A stretch of DNA of 64,000 nt from Mytilus trossulus. Its lineage: Eukaryota. Shown here in pieces: positions 15,001 to 39,100 of this stretch. The position numbers were made by a program, and so were the translations under genes. How positions within the stretch are numbered: the stretch's first letter is position 1; each line of letters opens with the position of its first letter. The notes beneath the pieces are model-generated. The model was given only the letters and a program-made list of their open reading frames with translations, was not told the DNA's origin and ran no database searches. The stretch covers positions 45,074,001 through 45,138,000 of the forward strand of contig NC_086383.1 in the NCBI RefSeq assembly GCF_036588685.1, written 5' to 3'.

Positions 15001-18000
15001 TTATGTCTGTCCATTTGTGCATGCATCTGTCAGTCAGTCTTGCTTTGGGTTAAAGTTTTTGGTCAGGGCAGTTTTTGATGTCCAATCAACTTGAAACTTA
15101 GAACACATGTTCAATATCATACAATCTGTCTAATTCTAATGCCAAATTTTTGTTTTGAAACCAATTTTAAGGTCCACTAGATATAGAAAATGATATTGCA
15201 AGTGGGGCATTCATGTACTTTATGGACTCATTCTTGTTTTTTGTGCTATTGGGTCACTATCAAATTGATATAAATATATATCTCACAACTATTTTTACTT
15301 ACACATGACTCAAAGATATAGACCTTTATATTTAATCATCTAATGAGAATAAATAATAATAATTTTTCAAATTGCTGAATAAGAACTCTGAACTTTTATG
15401 TTGTGTTTATTTGTATAATAGGTAAATACTCTTTTCTAGTAACATTGTTGTTTCCTCTGGAAGTAACTGTAATGGTAGCCCCAGCTGGTTGTTCTGTCGA
15501 GGTAAGCGTGGAAGACATCCCACCAATGATCCAACAATTCTCCATTCTTCCCTCAATGTCACAGAATCTATCAAGGTAAAAAATGTTATAAATCATCAAC
15601 CCAATTACATTTGAAGTGACTAGGGTCAATCAATGTTAAATTTGTCTCAAGTCAGGTTAAATTTATAAGATAATAGGGACACTGAAATAAGTGCTTTTAA
15701 CAATAACACCAAGATTAAAATTAAAGATGATTTATTTTTTTCAGTAAATTGTCAACTTATTACTGATAATTTTATTATAAGTCAGAAATGGTGTCTTCAT
15801 TTGGTTAAAAACTTATTTTGAGATGAGATGTTTACCGCACATAATAAATTTATGGCATATTTGTTTCTTATGGAAGTGGAAATAATATCATGACATGTAC
15901 CAATTCATATCAATCTGTGAAAAGGCAAAATCAGCAAAAATTACAACAAAACCATTATGCCCATTCCATAAGTGTCTATTGGAAAGCTTTAAAACCGCAA
16001 GGGAAAACAACATCATTAAATGTGAAATATTTTTTTTAAAAATCTTCATAGCCTTTAGTCTCTGTATACAAATAACTGAAAAAACATTTCTTAAACAAAA
16101 TTAAGGTGCCTGAAGTGTATATATATATATAGTTCAAAAACACAATTCTTCTTTGAAGAAACATACCTTTTACATATGTTTTATGAAATTCTTTCATTAT
16201 ACATTTTTTTTTGTGATTCACACAATTTTATTTTCTGATTCACACAGCCACAATGTATTTTAATTACCATCTTTATTGGTTTCTGAGAATTATATTTATG
16301 ATACTGTTGTTGTTCAGTCATAATCATTTCTGGTACTTTAAGTGTGAACAATTAATTATTCATTCATAGTTTAAAAGAAACAAAATATATAATTGCTTTT
16401 CTGCATTGAAATTCTGAACAGATTTAAGCTGGACAGTGTACAAATCATATCTCTATCATGTCTATACTGTTTATTTTGTTGCTGTAAAAAATCTAGTTAA
16501 ACAATTACCAATATTAGAGTGAAGGATGATATATGCAGTTTACCTCAGGTACAATGATCAAAAGTTTTCTAGATGTGACTGGATTTGGTTTAGCATGTTT
16601 ATAGTAACATATCAGTTTTTTTTAGTTCCTATTAACAGGGACATTCTATACTAAGTTATAATTAAAGAGATTATAATCATAAGTTGATGTCATACTTTTT
16701 TTTCCATATGTAGATCTTTAATCAATAGTTTCAATTTAATTCATTCATAACTTTTTTTAGATTCAACCAGATAAGGGCGGGTAAAAGGGGTCCTGATCCC
16801 AAAATCCTGGGTTTAAAAACACTAAATCCTGAGGTCCCGAAGTAAAATAAATTTAAATCTCGATATCCCAAAATTGGAAAAAAGAATTCCTGGATCCAGA
16901 AAGGGTCAATCCCGAAATAACGAGCTTAAAAACACCTGATCCTGAAGTCCCAATAAGAGGTCCTATTCCCCTCAGATAAGATATATATATAAACTGATAT
17001 AGTGGCACTTTCTCTCCAAACGTGTTGTTGCCAATAGCAATTGTATAATGAAATGCTCCATTTTACTAGAGGTGTTATTGTGTCATTCAGGGGGAAACAA
17101 AACATGAAAAAATGGCCTTGAATTTTTTTTGTTGTGTAATGTCTTGTCGACTTTTGGTTATATTTCTTCTGCAATTTAAATAGCTGAGTTCTAATACATG
17201 ATATATTTATTAATTCCAGTCCTTACTGTCAATTTAATTGTTGCACAGTGCAAGACTACAAATCCTTGAATTTATTCAATTCAATTCAATTCAATTCAAT
17301 ATTTTATTGGAAAGAGCACAATAGAGGCGTGATCCAAATACAGACAATTATAATATTAAAACAACATATAAATGAAATAAAGATTCATGTAACAAGTCAT
17401 GAGCCAATTCTATGTATACAAATACATTATAGACTGATATTGATACCATAGACTTATATTTCAGTATTATTATAGATTTTCGTATATTTACTTAAAACAC
17501 ACAATACAAGATATTTATATATATATATGTATATGCACAAACTACTGTAAAAGATTATTATCTGATGAAACGGTATGGTGGTCTCTCAAATCAAGAGCTT
17601 CTTCAATATACATACAAATAGATTTTAATTCCTTTTTAGACATAGGATTTAACATTTTGGTAAAATTTTCATCCAAATTATTTGAATTAATATCATTTAT
17701 TTTATATTTAGATCTAATGTTTTTATATTGCGGACATTCAATCAAGAAATGAATCTCATTTTCAATTTTTTCTGTGCAAAATTTACAAAATCTCTCATTA
17801 GATGGTATTTTTGGTCTTGCATACCTCCCAGTTTCTATTGCTAATGAGTGTGCACTTATTCTTAATTTAGTGAGTTTTTTTCTAAGGTATTTAGGAATAT
17901 TAAAATTCAAATATTCTTGTTGTTTAAATTTAGTATAAATTTTACTAAAAAATAAAAGTTTACCACAGTTTCCATCTTTTATCTTAGAAAGTTCAAAAAT

Positions 18001-18300
18001 AATTTTATTTTTGTAGAAATCTTCTAGTTTCTGTTTGAAATTAATATTACAATGCTTGTTAAAGGATATTCCAATATATTTCATTAATTCAGATAGTTTA
18101 TAAGACCATGAATTTTCTTTATTTGTGAGAGTTTTGTCCACTTCAAAAGCAGCTAGTGATTTTGGCATAAATTTATGGTGTTTTTTGTGTTTGTTTTTTT
18201 TTTATTTTACTCTTTATGATGTTATTTCAATACCTTTAGCACTCCATACAAATACATTTTGGTTCTGTAGATATATTTTGATTCTGCAACGATCAGACAT
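1..18300 (-). CDS. TSEN34: tRNA-splicing endonuclease subunit Sen34, 5' part (4 coding exons; continues past the left edge)
   Basis: GT-AG exons with consistent phases: 18300-18234 (MSDRCRIKIYLQNQNVFVWSAK), 15567-15430 (DSVTLREEWRIVGSLVGCLPRLPRQNNQLGLPLQLLPEETTMLLEK), 14636-14536 (SVCLLVKPKENLLEPTPEQVKEHEHLRLDLYKEQ), 57-<1 (IELFKDERRKEMIHNLHQI). The motif VW...LR...G..VG.LPR.PRQN..LGLPL.L.PEE..LL.E matches the Sen34 N-terminus as recalled. None of these exons is in the ORF track in the correct frame. Confidence 0.9.
728..895 (+). repeat. Short GC-rich MITE family (other copies at about 18951-19102 inverted and 48680-48790)
   Basis: GTGGC(A/G)GATCCAG...TTTTCATAA...GCTTCAGTGATTCCC...ATCCGCCT shared among copies. 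Confidence 0.7.
1569..3299 (+). CDS. RING-less TRIM-like protein: two B-boxes, coiled coil, C-terminal NHL-like beta-propeller; intronless CDS, 576 aa
   Basis: B-box1 CQIC..CIEC...CNNC...H....H; B-box2 CQLH....FCKDC...IC.KC...H..H; helical Q/E/K-rich segment; C-terminal repeats such as RPIRIKTDFKNNIYVVD and FPRDVEVTSTGTVLVSD. This architecture is known to be expanded in bivalves. Confidence 0.88.
   Translation: MSYSQTEHIAQSFAVCQICEESPDLKWKCIECELLFCNNCSTKFHSKSKSLAEHHVYDIKDCGAESTIDSIRLNALVNITCQLHTGKKCSVFCKDCAVTICTKCIKELHTDHDFCDISEVYEEKLLKMKSYENKVESHIEFYSQEEERLQQKMSTGQKHYNEIKENISEQENQIVNAVRNHSKKLLSEVDSHWKPTEEVLQQQIATIMQTNEELELTKNEINKTLQSIDASKVLTANIQAKEKLLKQALITPTNLKNFEFVNKSFSNNVICRIFGHVYAAPKFELVKSYENSIISSASKMLVLENNSAIIASIWEDKLYKVTLSNDYISIDTETTQSLYDMAMMQNGNDIIFSEKASDLKILNLGSLSDINRIKYFKIFHSCHPFITLGLHVSMDNHILVGIAESKSFPTSKADSANRIIVLSSEGEVEKVHEFAADQERLFTRPIRIKTDFKNNIYVVDLVDKSFGKYEGRVVTIEWTGNLRWIYTGVQIFDKFFPRDVEVTSTGTVLVSDEKNHALHLLSQAGEILGCKTLAEMGIRLPHCLYMTESEELWVACRKDDKYSNAKLHLLKLNYLM
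7415..8062 (+). mobile_element. Non-autonomous Helentron-associated (HINE-type) element with internal tandem repeats
   Basis: T-rich insertion site, 5' hairpin, (CGG/CGT)n microsatellite, about 190-bp internal repeats starting ATTCACTCTGTGGTTAAAG, 3' hairpin GGGTTCC...GGAACCC. Confidence 0.7.
10375..10520 (+). repeat. Dispersed high-copy repeat (GACAACTCTCCA...CAACTATAGGTCA...GCCTTCAACAATGAG); related copies at about 13770, 25810, 39600 (minus), 49550 and 52460 (minus)
   Basis: Recurrent similar sequence at six or more positions in the window. Confidence 0.7.
11180..12976 (+). mobile_element. 5'-truncated, internally deleted non-LTR retrotransposon (RTE-X/L2-group-like)
   Basis: RT motifs YRGIAL, EQNGFR and FIDFKKAYD, then a jump near 11690 that omits the QG and YADD motifs; frameshifts; C-terminal LRIETGRF...CDNC...EDEAHVILSCPLY; tail AATAAAATATTGAATTGAATTGA followed by poly(A). 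Confidence 0.9.
13377..14492. mobile_element. Non-autonomous TIR element (hAT-like ends, 5-bp TSD)
   Basis: 17-bp TIR CAGGCCTCTACAATAAC / GTTATTGTAGAGGCCTG; CAAAT on both flanks. Confidence 0.85.
17275..18170 (-). mobile_element. 3' fragment of a related non-LTR retrotransposon in TSEN34 intron 1
   Basis: LRISAHSLAIETGRY...CKFC...ENEIHFLIECPQY; (ATTGA)n tail at about 17275-17300, as in the 11.2-13 kb copy. Confidence 0.88.
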
Positions 18301-18500
18301 TACATTTTCCAACGATTTTTAAAGAAAGACAGAAAAATCTACTTTCAGTTTCAGAAGAAGCTAGAGATGATACGAACGAAAACCACGTGGAATAAATAAT
18401 CTAAAAATAACTCCCATGTGACATGAACGGCGGGAAAATAAAGCATTACCTCCACAAAGAAACCAGAACTTAGGAAAACAATATCAAGTAAAAAACTAAA
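18301..18500. promoter_or_regulatory. Bidirectional TSEN34/MCM3 promoter with an E2F-type site and an E-box
   Basis: Start codons are 200 bp apart. GCGGGAAA (reverse complement TTTCCCGC, E2F consensus) at 18430-18437; CACGTG at 18384-18389. Confidence 0.7.
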
Positions 18501-30570
<12,070 letters not shown>

Positions 30571-30730
30571 GTAAGAAGATTTCACTGTTTTGTGTTAAAC
30601 ACTGTATTATTTAAATTTGGAGTAATTATTTAATATGGAATTTAACTAAATAATGAATTTCATGGATTTTACATGTCAAAGCTTGTTACCATGGAAACAA
30701 TAGACAACCAATTAAATATCACATCATGAA

Positions 30731-31410
30731 AAAAATCCCATCCAGCACACAAACCTATTGATAAATATAAATCCTGTGCGGCGCACAGACCTGTTAAAAG
30801 CTATAAATCCTGTGCGGCGCACAGACCAAGTGAAGATTATAAATCCTTTGCGGCGCACAGACCAAGTGAAGATTATAAATCCTGTGCGGCGCACAGACCA
30901 AGGGAAGATTATAAATCCTGTGCGGCGCACAGACCAAGTGAAGATTATAAATCCTGTGCGACGCACAGACCAAGTTAAGATTATAAATCCTGTGCGTCGC
31001 ACAGACCAAGTGAAGATTATAATCCTGTGCGGCGCACAGACCTGTTAAAAACTATAAATCCTGTGCGGCGCACAGACTTGTTGAAAACTATAAATCCTGT
31101 GCGATGCACAGACCTGTTAAAAACTATAAATCCTGTGCGACGCACAGACCAAGTGAAAACTGTAAATCCTCTGTGGTGCACAGACCAGGTGAAAACTGTA
31201 AATCCTCTGTGGTGCACAGACCATGTGAAAACTGTAAATCCTCTGTGGTGCACAGACCAGGTGAAAACTATAAATCATGTGTGTCGCACAGATTAAGTGT
31301 AGACTATCTATCCCGTGCGGCACACAGACCAGGTAAAGATTATAAACAATGTGTGGTGCAGACCAGATAAAGTTATAAATCCTGTTAGCTGCACAGACCA
31401 GGTGATGATA
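30731..31410. repeat. 36-bp minisatellite (about 19 units), each unit with the palindrome CTGTGCG-g-CGCACAG
   Basis: Unit ATAAATCCTGTGCGGCGCACAGACC(AAGTGAAGATT/TGTTAAAAACT); homogeneous core with degenerate edge units. Confidence 0.95.
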
Positions 31411-33349
31411 ACAAGTACTGTATGGTACATAAAATAGAAGACAATAACGTATCCTGTGAAATACACTTAGTTGTAGTTTGAAATTAATATGAATTTTCAT
31501 ACTGAGGTTGTTAAATTGTCTCATTGGCAATTTACACAGCTCTCGATTTACTTTTGAACATGAATGTTAAAATTATTTGGTTGTACTTTTAATGTACTAA
31601 ATTACAAGATGCTTCTTTGAACATAGAAAATTACAAAATGTCAGTTCTATGATATATTTATTTCATATTTGTGTATTTTACTCTTAATATATAATTTTAT
31701 TGTGTCACACGTTAAAGTTACATACAATATAGACAACTCTTACTGTAATTAGCTTGATTATAATAAATAAATGAATATGTCTTACAATAATAATGATCAG
31801 CATTAACAATTCACAGAAAATTCATTACATCATCAAACTGGTGATGTGAGTTACATAGTAATTTATTTTAGGTTAAAATGCAGATGCTGTATGATCTAAG
31901 ATATAAGCATTTGAAAATTATCTAAGGGACATAATATTCAAGACAAAATTAAGGCTGTTTATTTTTTTTCTTAATAATGACTTTGAAAATAATAATTAAC
32001 AAAACATTTATTATGTTATTAAAAACAGTAGAAATGACCACATGGTGATGTTGCATTATGAAAACACTACAAAGTAATCCAGTCTGAAAAGGGAAATGGT
32101 GAAACACTTTAAATATCTATATCTACTGCATTGAGCTAAATAAAAAGTAGCACATGGACCCCCATATTTTACTTTTGCAAAAGGCTTAAGATTGCTTCAA
32201 AGATGTTAGATCAAACAGCTTTCAATATAATAATTCTGTATGACATGACAAAATATAGAAATGTAAGGTATATCTTCATGTATTTACAGGAATCTCGATA
32301 ACAGTTTTAGAATGAAAGAAATTAATATAATGTCTATGAAAGTTAACCATAAAAACATTTTGTTCTTCTTTGCTTGTTTCAAAGTTAACATATAAAATAT
32401 TTTGTTCTTCTTTGCATATTACAGAATTGCACATTAAACTTGACTTGAAAAAAAATGTAATTGTAGGATCTTTACTGTGTGATTTGGCTTAAATTTCCAA
32501 TGACTAAGTGTTCAATACATATTATAACATTTATGACCATGACATGTAGATATATATGGAGAATGTAATGTGAGTTTAAAAATGAAAAGGAAATTACAGT
32601 ATGTATTCTACTCTTACTATATACATCCATGTTCATAGATCAAACAATTTATTGACATCTATTTAGCAAAAATAAATCTGTTTAAGACATTTGTATAAAT
32701 ACAATTATCAGCAAAGTATTTATAAATTAACTACATCTACAATGAATAAAAATATAACTGATTATTGATAAGAAATAGAAAATTTCACAATTGACATGAA
32801 GGTTAAAACTATTAACTATATATGTACTGTGAGCAAAAAGCTCCTTGTTTTGTATTTGAAACCCCAAAATCAATTTGAACATAAATTAGAATAGGGGGTG
32901 CACAATGGCATTATAACTTGAGGATTTTGAAAAAGTGTCTATAAGTTTTTGTGTGTTAGGAAGAGTTATGGATACAAAATGTGTATCCCCATCAAAGAAA
33001 ATAGTCCATAAAATTGTTATAATATGTGTCTTCTTATTTGACAATAACAATGTTCATGTTTTTGTAAAAAATAAACCCCTAAAAATAACTTTTTTTTTAA
33101 ACAAAAAAGTAGGTGTACAAAGGTATGATGAAAGAAATAATATCTGAATTGAATGGTTTTGTTGGAATATTCGTATGAAGCATTGCTAAAATTGAGACAT
33201 TCATTTGTGGACAAAATTAATTATTTCCGAAAAATGCATGAGAAAATCTAATACTATAAAGAAATGTTATAAAATAAGACTACAGGTAAATAACTTTTAA
33301 AAAAACCCAGCTTAATACAAGTTATACCTGAATAAATGTTTTCATATTT

Positions 33350-35900
33350 TCATATTTGCTAATTTGTACATTTTTGTCTTTTAAGTCCATTGAATAATAT
33401 TTTTTTTTGTTGGATAATAGCAAAAATTTTACATGATTTCCACTGTTGATCCCAGCCAGATTTTTTTGTAAGAGCTTTATCTAGAATAGATTTATGAAAA
33501 TCAATAACTCTCTGGACTTCATCAGTAATTACAATTTCCTGTCCCTTAGTTTTTATATCAATATTAAAATTTTGAGGAGCTTTATCTAGAATAGATTTAT
33601 GAAAATCAACAACTCTGTGGAATTCCTCATTAATTACAATTTCCTTTCCCTTAGTTTTAATATCAATATCAAAGTTTTGAGTTGAAGTTTTATGAGCAGG
33701 TGTTTGAGTCTCGACTTCCAAGTCATCTCTATTAGCATTTTCCAGTGCAGGACATTGTGAATATATATTTTTATCTGATTTTTAAGTCAAAATATTTTTG
33801 TCTTTTATAAGAGCTTTATCTAGAATAGATTTTGAGTTGAAGGTTCAGGAGCAGTTGTTTGTGTCTCAGCTTCCTAGTTATGTCTATTAACATTTTCATA
33901 AGCAGGGCATTGTGAATAAATTTATATTTTTGTAACATTTGTATCTGACATTTAAGTCAAAGTTAATATTTTTGTCTTTTGTACATGTTGTAAGGGCTTT
34001 ATCTGGAATAGATTTATGAAAATCAATAACTCTGTGGGCTTCCTCGGTAATTACAATTTCCTTTCCCTTAGTTTTGACTTATAAATTACATTAAAGGTTT
34101 ATTTTACTTTTCAAAGCCAATACTATTGTAAGACCTTTATCTGGAATAGATTTATGAAAATTAACAACTCTGTGGGCTTCCTTACTAATTACAATTTCCT
34201 TTCCCTTAGATTTTATATCAATATCAAAATTTTGAGTTGAAGTATCATGAGCAGGTGTTTGAGTCTCGACTTCCAAGTCATGTCTATTAGCATTTTTATG
34301 AGCAGGACATTGTGAATGAATGTATATTTTTTTAACATTTTTTTCTGACATTTAAGTCAAAGTAAATATTTTTGTCTTTTGTAAGAGCTTTATCTAGAAT
34401 AGATTTAAGAAAATCAATAACTCTGTGGGCTTCCTCATTTATTACAATTTCCTTCCCCTTAGTTTTGACTTATAAATTACATTAAAGGTTTATTTTACTT
34501 TTCAGACCCACTTCTTTTGTAAGAGCTTTATCTAGAATAGATTTAAGAAAATCAATAACTCTGTGGGCTTCCTCAGTTATTACAATTTCCTTTCCCTTAG
34601 TTTTGACTTATAAATTACATTAAAGGTTTACTTTACTTTTCAAACCCACTTCTTTTGTAAGAGCTTTATCTAGAATAGATTTAGGAAAATCAATAACTCT
34701 GTGGGCTTCCTCAGTTATTACAATTTCCTTTCCCTTAGTTTTGACTTATAAATTACATTAAAGGTTTATTTTACTTTTCAAACCCACTTCTTTTGTTAGA
34801 GCTTTATCTGGAATAGATTTATGAAAATAAACAACTATCTGGGCTTCCTCAGTAATTACAATTTCCTTTCCCTTAGTTTTGACTTATAAATTACATTAAA
34901 GGTTTATTTTACTTTTCAAAGCCAATACTATTGTAAGACCTTTATCTGGAATAGATTTATGAAAATTAACAACTCTGTGGGCTTCCTTACTAATTACAAT
35001 GTCCTTTCCCTTAGATTTTATATCAATATCAAAATTTTGAGTTGAAGTATCATGAGCAGGTGTTTGAGTCTCGACTTCCAAGTCATGTCTATTAGCATTT
35101 TTATGAGCAGGACATTGTGAATGAATGTATATTTTTTTAACATTTTTTTCTGACATTTAAGTCAAAGTAAATATTTTTGTCTTTTGTAAGAGCTTTATCT
35201 AGAATAGATTTAAGAAAATCAATAACTCTGTGGGCTTCCTCATTTATTACAATTTCCTTTCCCTTAGTTTTGACTTATAAATTACATTAAAGGTTTATTT
35301 TACTTTTCAGACCCACTTCTTTTGTAAGAGCTTTATCTAGAATAGATTTAAGAAAATCAATAACTCTGTGGGCTTCCTCAGTTATTACAATTTCCTTTCC
35401 CTTAGTTTTGACTTATAAATTACATTAAAGGTTTACTTTACTTTTCAAACCCACTTCTTTTGTAAGAGCTTTATCTAGAATAGATTTAGGAAAAATCAAT
35501 AACTCTGTGGGCTTCCTCAGTTATTACAATTTCCTTTCCCTTAGTTTTGACTTATAAATTACATTAAAGGTTTATTTTACTTTTCAAACCCACTTCTTTT
35601 GTTAGAGCTTTATCTGGAATAGATTTATGAAAATAAACAACTATCTGGGCTTCCTCAGTAATTACAATTTCCTTTCCCTTAGTTTTAATATCAATATCAA
35701 GTTTTGAGTTGAAGGTTCAGGAGCAGGTGTTTGTGTCTCAGCTTCTGAGTCATATCTATTAACATTTTCAGGAGCAGGATATTGTGAGTAAATGTAAAAA
35801 ATTTGTCTGTTTTTATCTGACGTTTAAGTCGAAATATTTTTTATTTTTATTTTGTGGGACAATGTAAAAAATTTCATGTGATTTCCACTGTTGACCCAAT
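33350..35900 (-). repeat. Complex tandem array derived from the last exon and 3' flank of the ParB-like gene (138-bp units inside an 805-bp higher-order duplication)
   Basis: GTAAGAGCTTTATCTAGAATAGATTT variants recur at about 34381, 34519, 34657, 34795 and again 805 bp later. ORFs 34091-34351 and 34896-35156 differ by one residue. All copies resemble 36100-36300 (KGKEIVITEEA..VIDFHKSILDKALTK). Confidence 0.93.
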
Positions 35901-36126
35901 CAAAATTACATTTCAAAATAAGTTTGTCAACTCCTATCTACTAGTGTAGTCCTCGCTTAATCTTAATTGATTATTCTATTTTTACAAAGAAAATGATATT
36001 TATTTTCAGATTATTTTTTTTTAATCTATTACACTACAGCTAGTGTATATAATGGAGGACATTATAATGAAGCTTTTAGAAAATTGTTTAGAAGTGAATT
36101 ATAAATTACATTAATATTTAATTACT

Positions 36127-39100
36127 TTACTCTTCCAAAGGAAGTACTTTTGTAAGAGCTTTATCTAAAATAGATTTATGAAAATCAATAACTTTCTGTG
36201 CTTCCTCAGTAATTACAATTTCCTTTCCCTTACTTTTTATAACAATATTTATTTGAAAATTTTGAGGTGAGGATTGAGTAACAGGTGGTTGTGTATCAGC
36301 TGCTGCTGCTTCATCTATGTCCACTTGTTCTGGAGCAGAAACTTCTGACTCTTCACCATTACTACACACTGGTATTGCTGTCAGTGAGTTGCAGTAGGCA
36401 GTGAAAACTTCAGGAACAAATTTGCGTCTGATTTTTTTTTCTGAAATAAAAGATGATTATCAAACTCATTTTTTTCAAAACCAATGTCTAGATCTTATTT
36501 ACAGCTCTTCCATAAAAGCATGTAATCAACTTGCTTGCTTTGTTTGCTTGGATGTTTGCTAACAATAGGTAGGCAGAGTGTAATTTGTTGACAATAGACA
36601 AGCTGAACATATAAATCTTTTTCATCATATTGTGTTTTTTACTTTTAGTTACAATGTATAATTGTAAGGACTCCACTTAACTATAACAGATTTATATGTG
36701 TGATGAATGTGCAAGAAATAAAATTATTTGTAATTCATATATTTTCTCTTTGATCCTACTGCCTAATATATTCAAGTATCAACATAGTATACTGGCTGTA
36801 TCACTGAAAATATCAGGCAATACAGTGTGTGACGTCATAATTACCGATAAACTGATTAACAGGTAGTTTCGTTTTTGATAATGACGGGCTCGTCTAGATA
36901 TTCCACATGATATAGTCAGTATCAAAAATGAAACTATCTATTGTTCTATATTTAGCTGTGTTTTTTTTTCTTGACGCAACAGTTAGTTTGAGTACAGTTT
37001 CTCAATTCAATCCAAACGTCAAATTTTTTATTATTATATGAATATTTTTTTTAGATAGCTCCTTTGTTTTATACATGTTTATTATATACTTAGCATTGAT
37101 ATAACAGCTTTTGCGTATGTGAAATGAGCAGAAGTTCACAAGCCATAATTTCACACTTGGGCTTATAACCCATATCAGGTGCATCTCATGCAATAACCCC
37201 ATAATAGTGCCTCTCATGCAAGTGACAATATCACCAGATGTTTGCTCTCCCTTGATGATCATGATTATTTCAAACAGGTTTGACTGAACATATGATTCCT
37301 ATATTTAACAAGAGGCTGTCACAACGACAGCAAACTGGATTGATTAATTAATATTTATTTGTGTCCTGGCAATATCACAAGAACCATAACTGATGAATGG
37401 TGAAAGTGAAAATCGTCAATATCAAATTTGGCCTCCATTTTGTAGTCAGTATCAACATATTAAAATTTGAAAAGCTTAGATTGAATGGTTCATGTGTAAA
37501 TGCAACAACGTGAATGGAAACATCATTTTACGATCTTTCAAGAACCATAACTCCTGAATGGTAAAAGTCAAAATCCTCATTATTGAACTCGAACTCTATT
37601 TTGTCATCGGTAACAACATATTAAAATTTTAAAAGCTTTGGTTGAACGGTTCATGAGTTAATGCACGGACACAACTGGAAACTCCATTTTTCAATCATTC
37701 AAGAACCATAACTCCTGAACGGTAAAAGTCAAAATTGCCATTATTGAACTTGACCTTCATTTAGTTGTCAGTTACAACATATTAAAATTTTAAAGCTTTG
37801 GTTGAATGGTTCATGAGTTAATGCACGGACAACATTTGATTGCCGCCCACTCGCCGTACATCCCCAAATCAATAACCGACATTTTTGTCACAAAAATCAG
37901 GTTTAAAATAGTTATGTTCTTACCAACTAGTTCTTCAATTTTACTTGACACCTCAGGGTATGTTTTGTAAGCCTCTTCCCAGGTGTTTATCTTAACTGTC
38001 TGACATAAAAATGTCTGTAAGCTTTTTCGAGCCTTCAACCTATCGACAGTTCCAGCTGCTTTTTCCAAACCCTCTTCGGCAGCAAGGCTTAAGTACGAAA
38101 ATGTGGCCTCCTCAGAAAGGCCTTGTAAAGCCCGAAATAGCTGTAACAGAAAATGGTTTTAAAAGTAATTTAATAACAAAATTGAATAATTCAGATGATT
38201 TAAATAAAAGTTATATGGTGTAGTAAATTCTTTACATAGAGTGTCATGTGGTAACCAGGTTACCCCTATGGTTTACTAAGGGTTTGTAAATTTCATAGTG
38301 GTTCATGACGTCACTTCTATTGATGTTATTGTGTTTTATACTGCAATCAGCTAGTTAACTGTACAGATAAAGCTATACGTATAAACGTTACCTTTATACG
38401 TCAATGACCCCAACTGACCTATTAGCCCCGCCTCCTTATTGTATTTCATCAACAACATCACGTCACGACCATGACAACGTAAAGTAACAATGGTCAAACT
38501 TATTCAATTTAAACTTTTATGTCTTCAAATTGGTTATTTATATATCATGTTTATCAAATGTTATTAATTAAGTTCATTTTACCTTTCTAATTCCTTAATA
38601 CGCCAATGTCTAGCCACCTGGACTAGGCTCATAGGGAAATACCCCAAAATGGTACCTCAAGAGGGAAATTCCAAACACTTTTTTTAACAATTTTTGTTAC
38701 ATGTTTTTTTCATTTTTCATTTTTTTTTTCGATTTCAGTATAAAAACAATATACGTATAGTGTCTTGAAATATGAAATTTATTTGTATTTGGCACGAAAC
38801 GGGAAAATGCTCGGTAGAACATCGCATTTTCCCGTTTCTAAGCCTCATGCAAATAAATTTCATATTTCAAGGCACTATACGTATATTGTCTAATTATTGT
38901 TTATTTTTCCACAAAAGTCACCATCAATCAGTGCACAGTAGACATATTTTCTTGTTATTTATACTGTTGGCAGTATTTCATTCCTTTTTTATTTCGCATA
39001 CCTTGTTTCAGCTTGATAAAGAAATCAAAGTGTAAAACCATGAACAGTTGGGGTAGATTTCAGATTATATAAAAAAAAATACCATGTCTCAAATTAAATC

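Noticed and set aside
15396-15629. 77-aa ORF in the track
   Set aside because: Wrong frame; the real exon is TSEN34 exon 2 in another frame.
30738-30760. CCCATCCAGCACAC as an EnSpm-like terminal sequence
   Set aside because: It aligns as a degenerate first unit of the 36-bp array and cannot be called a TIR without the other end.
30724-31530. CRISPR-like array or repeat-protein ORFs (INPVRRTDQVKI)n
   Set aside because: The units are contiguous with no unique spacers, no cas genes are present, and the context is eukaryotic. ORFs on both strands arise because 36 is a multiple of 3, and a 1-bp deletion near 31020 breaks the frame.
33359-35156. ORFs 33359-33721, 34091-34351 and 34896-35156 as separate genes
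   Set aside because: They are degenerate tandem copies of the last exon of the ParB-like gene.
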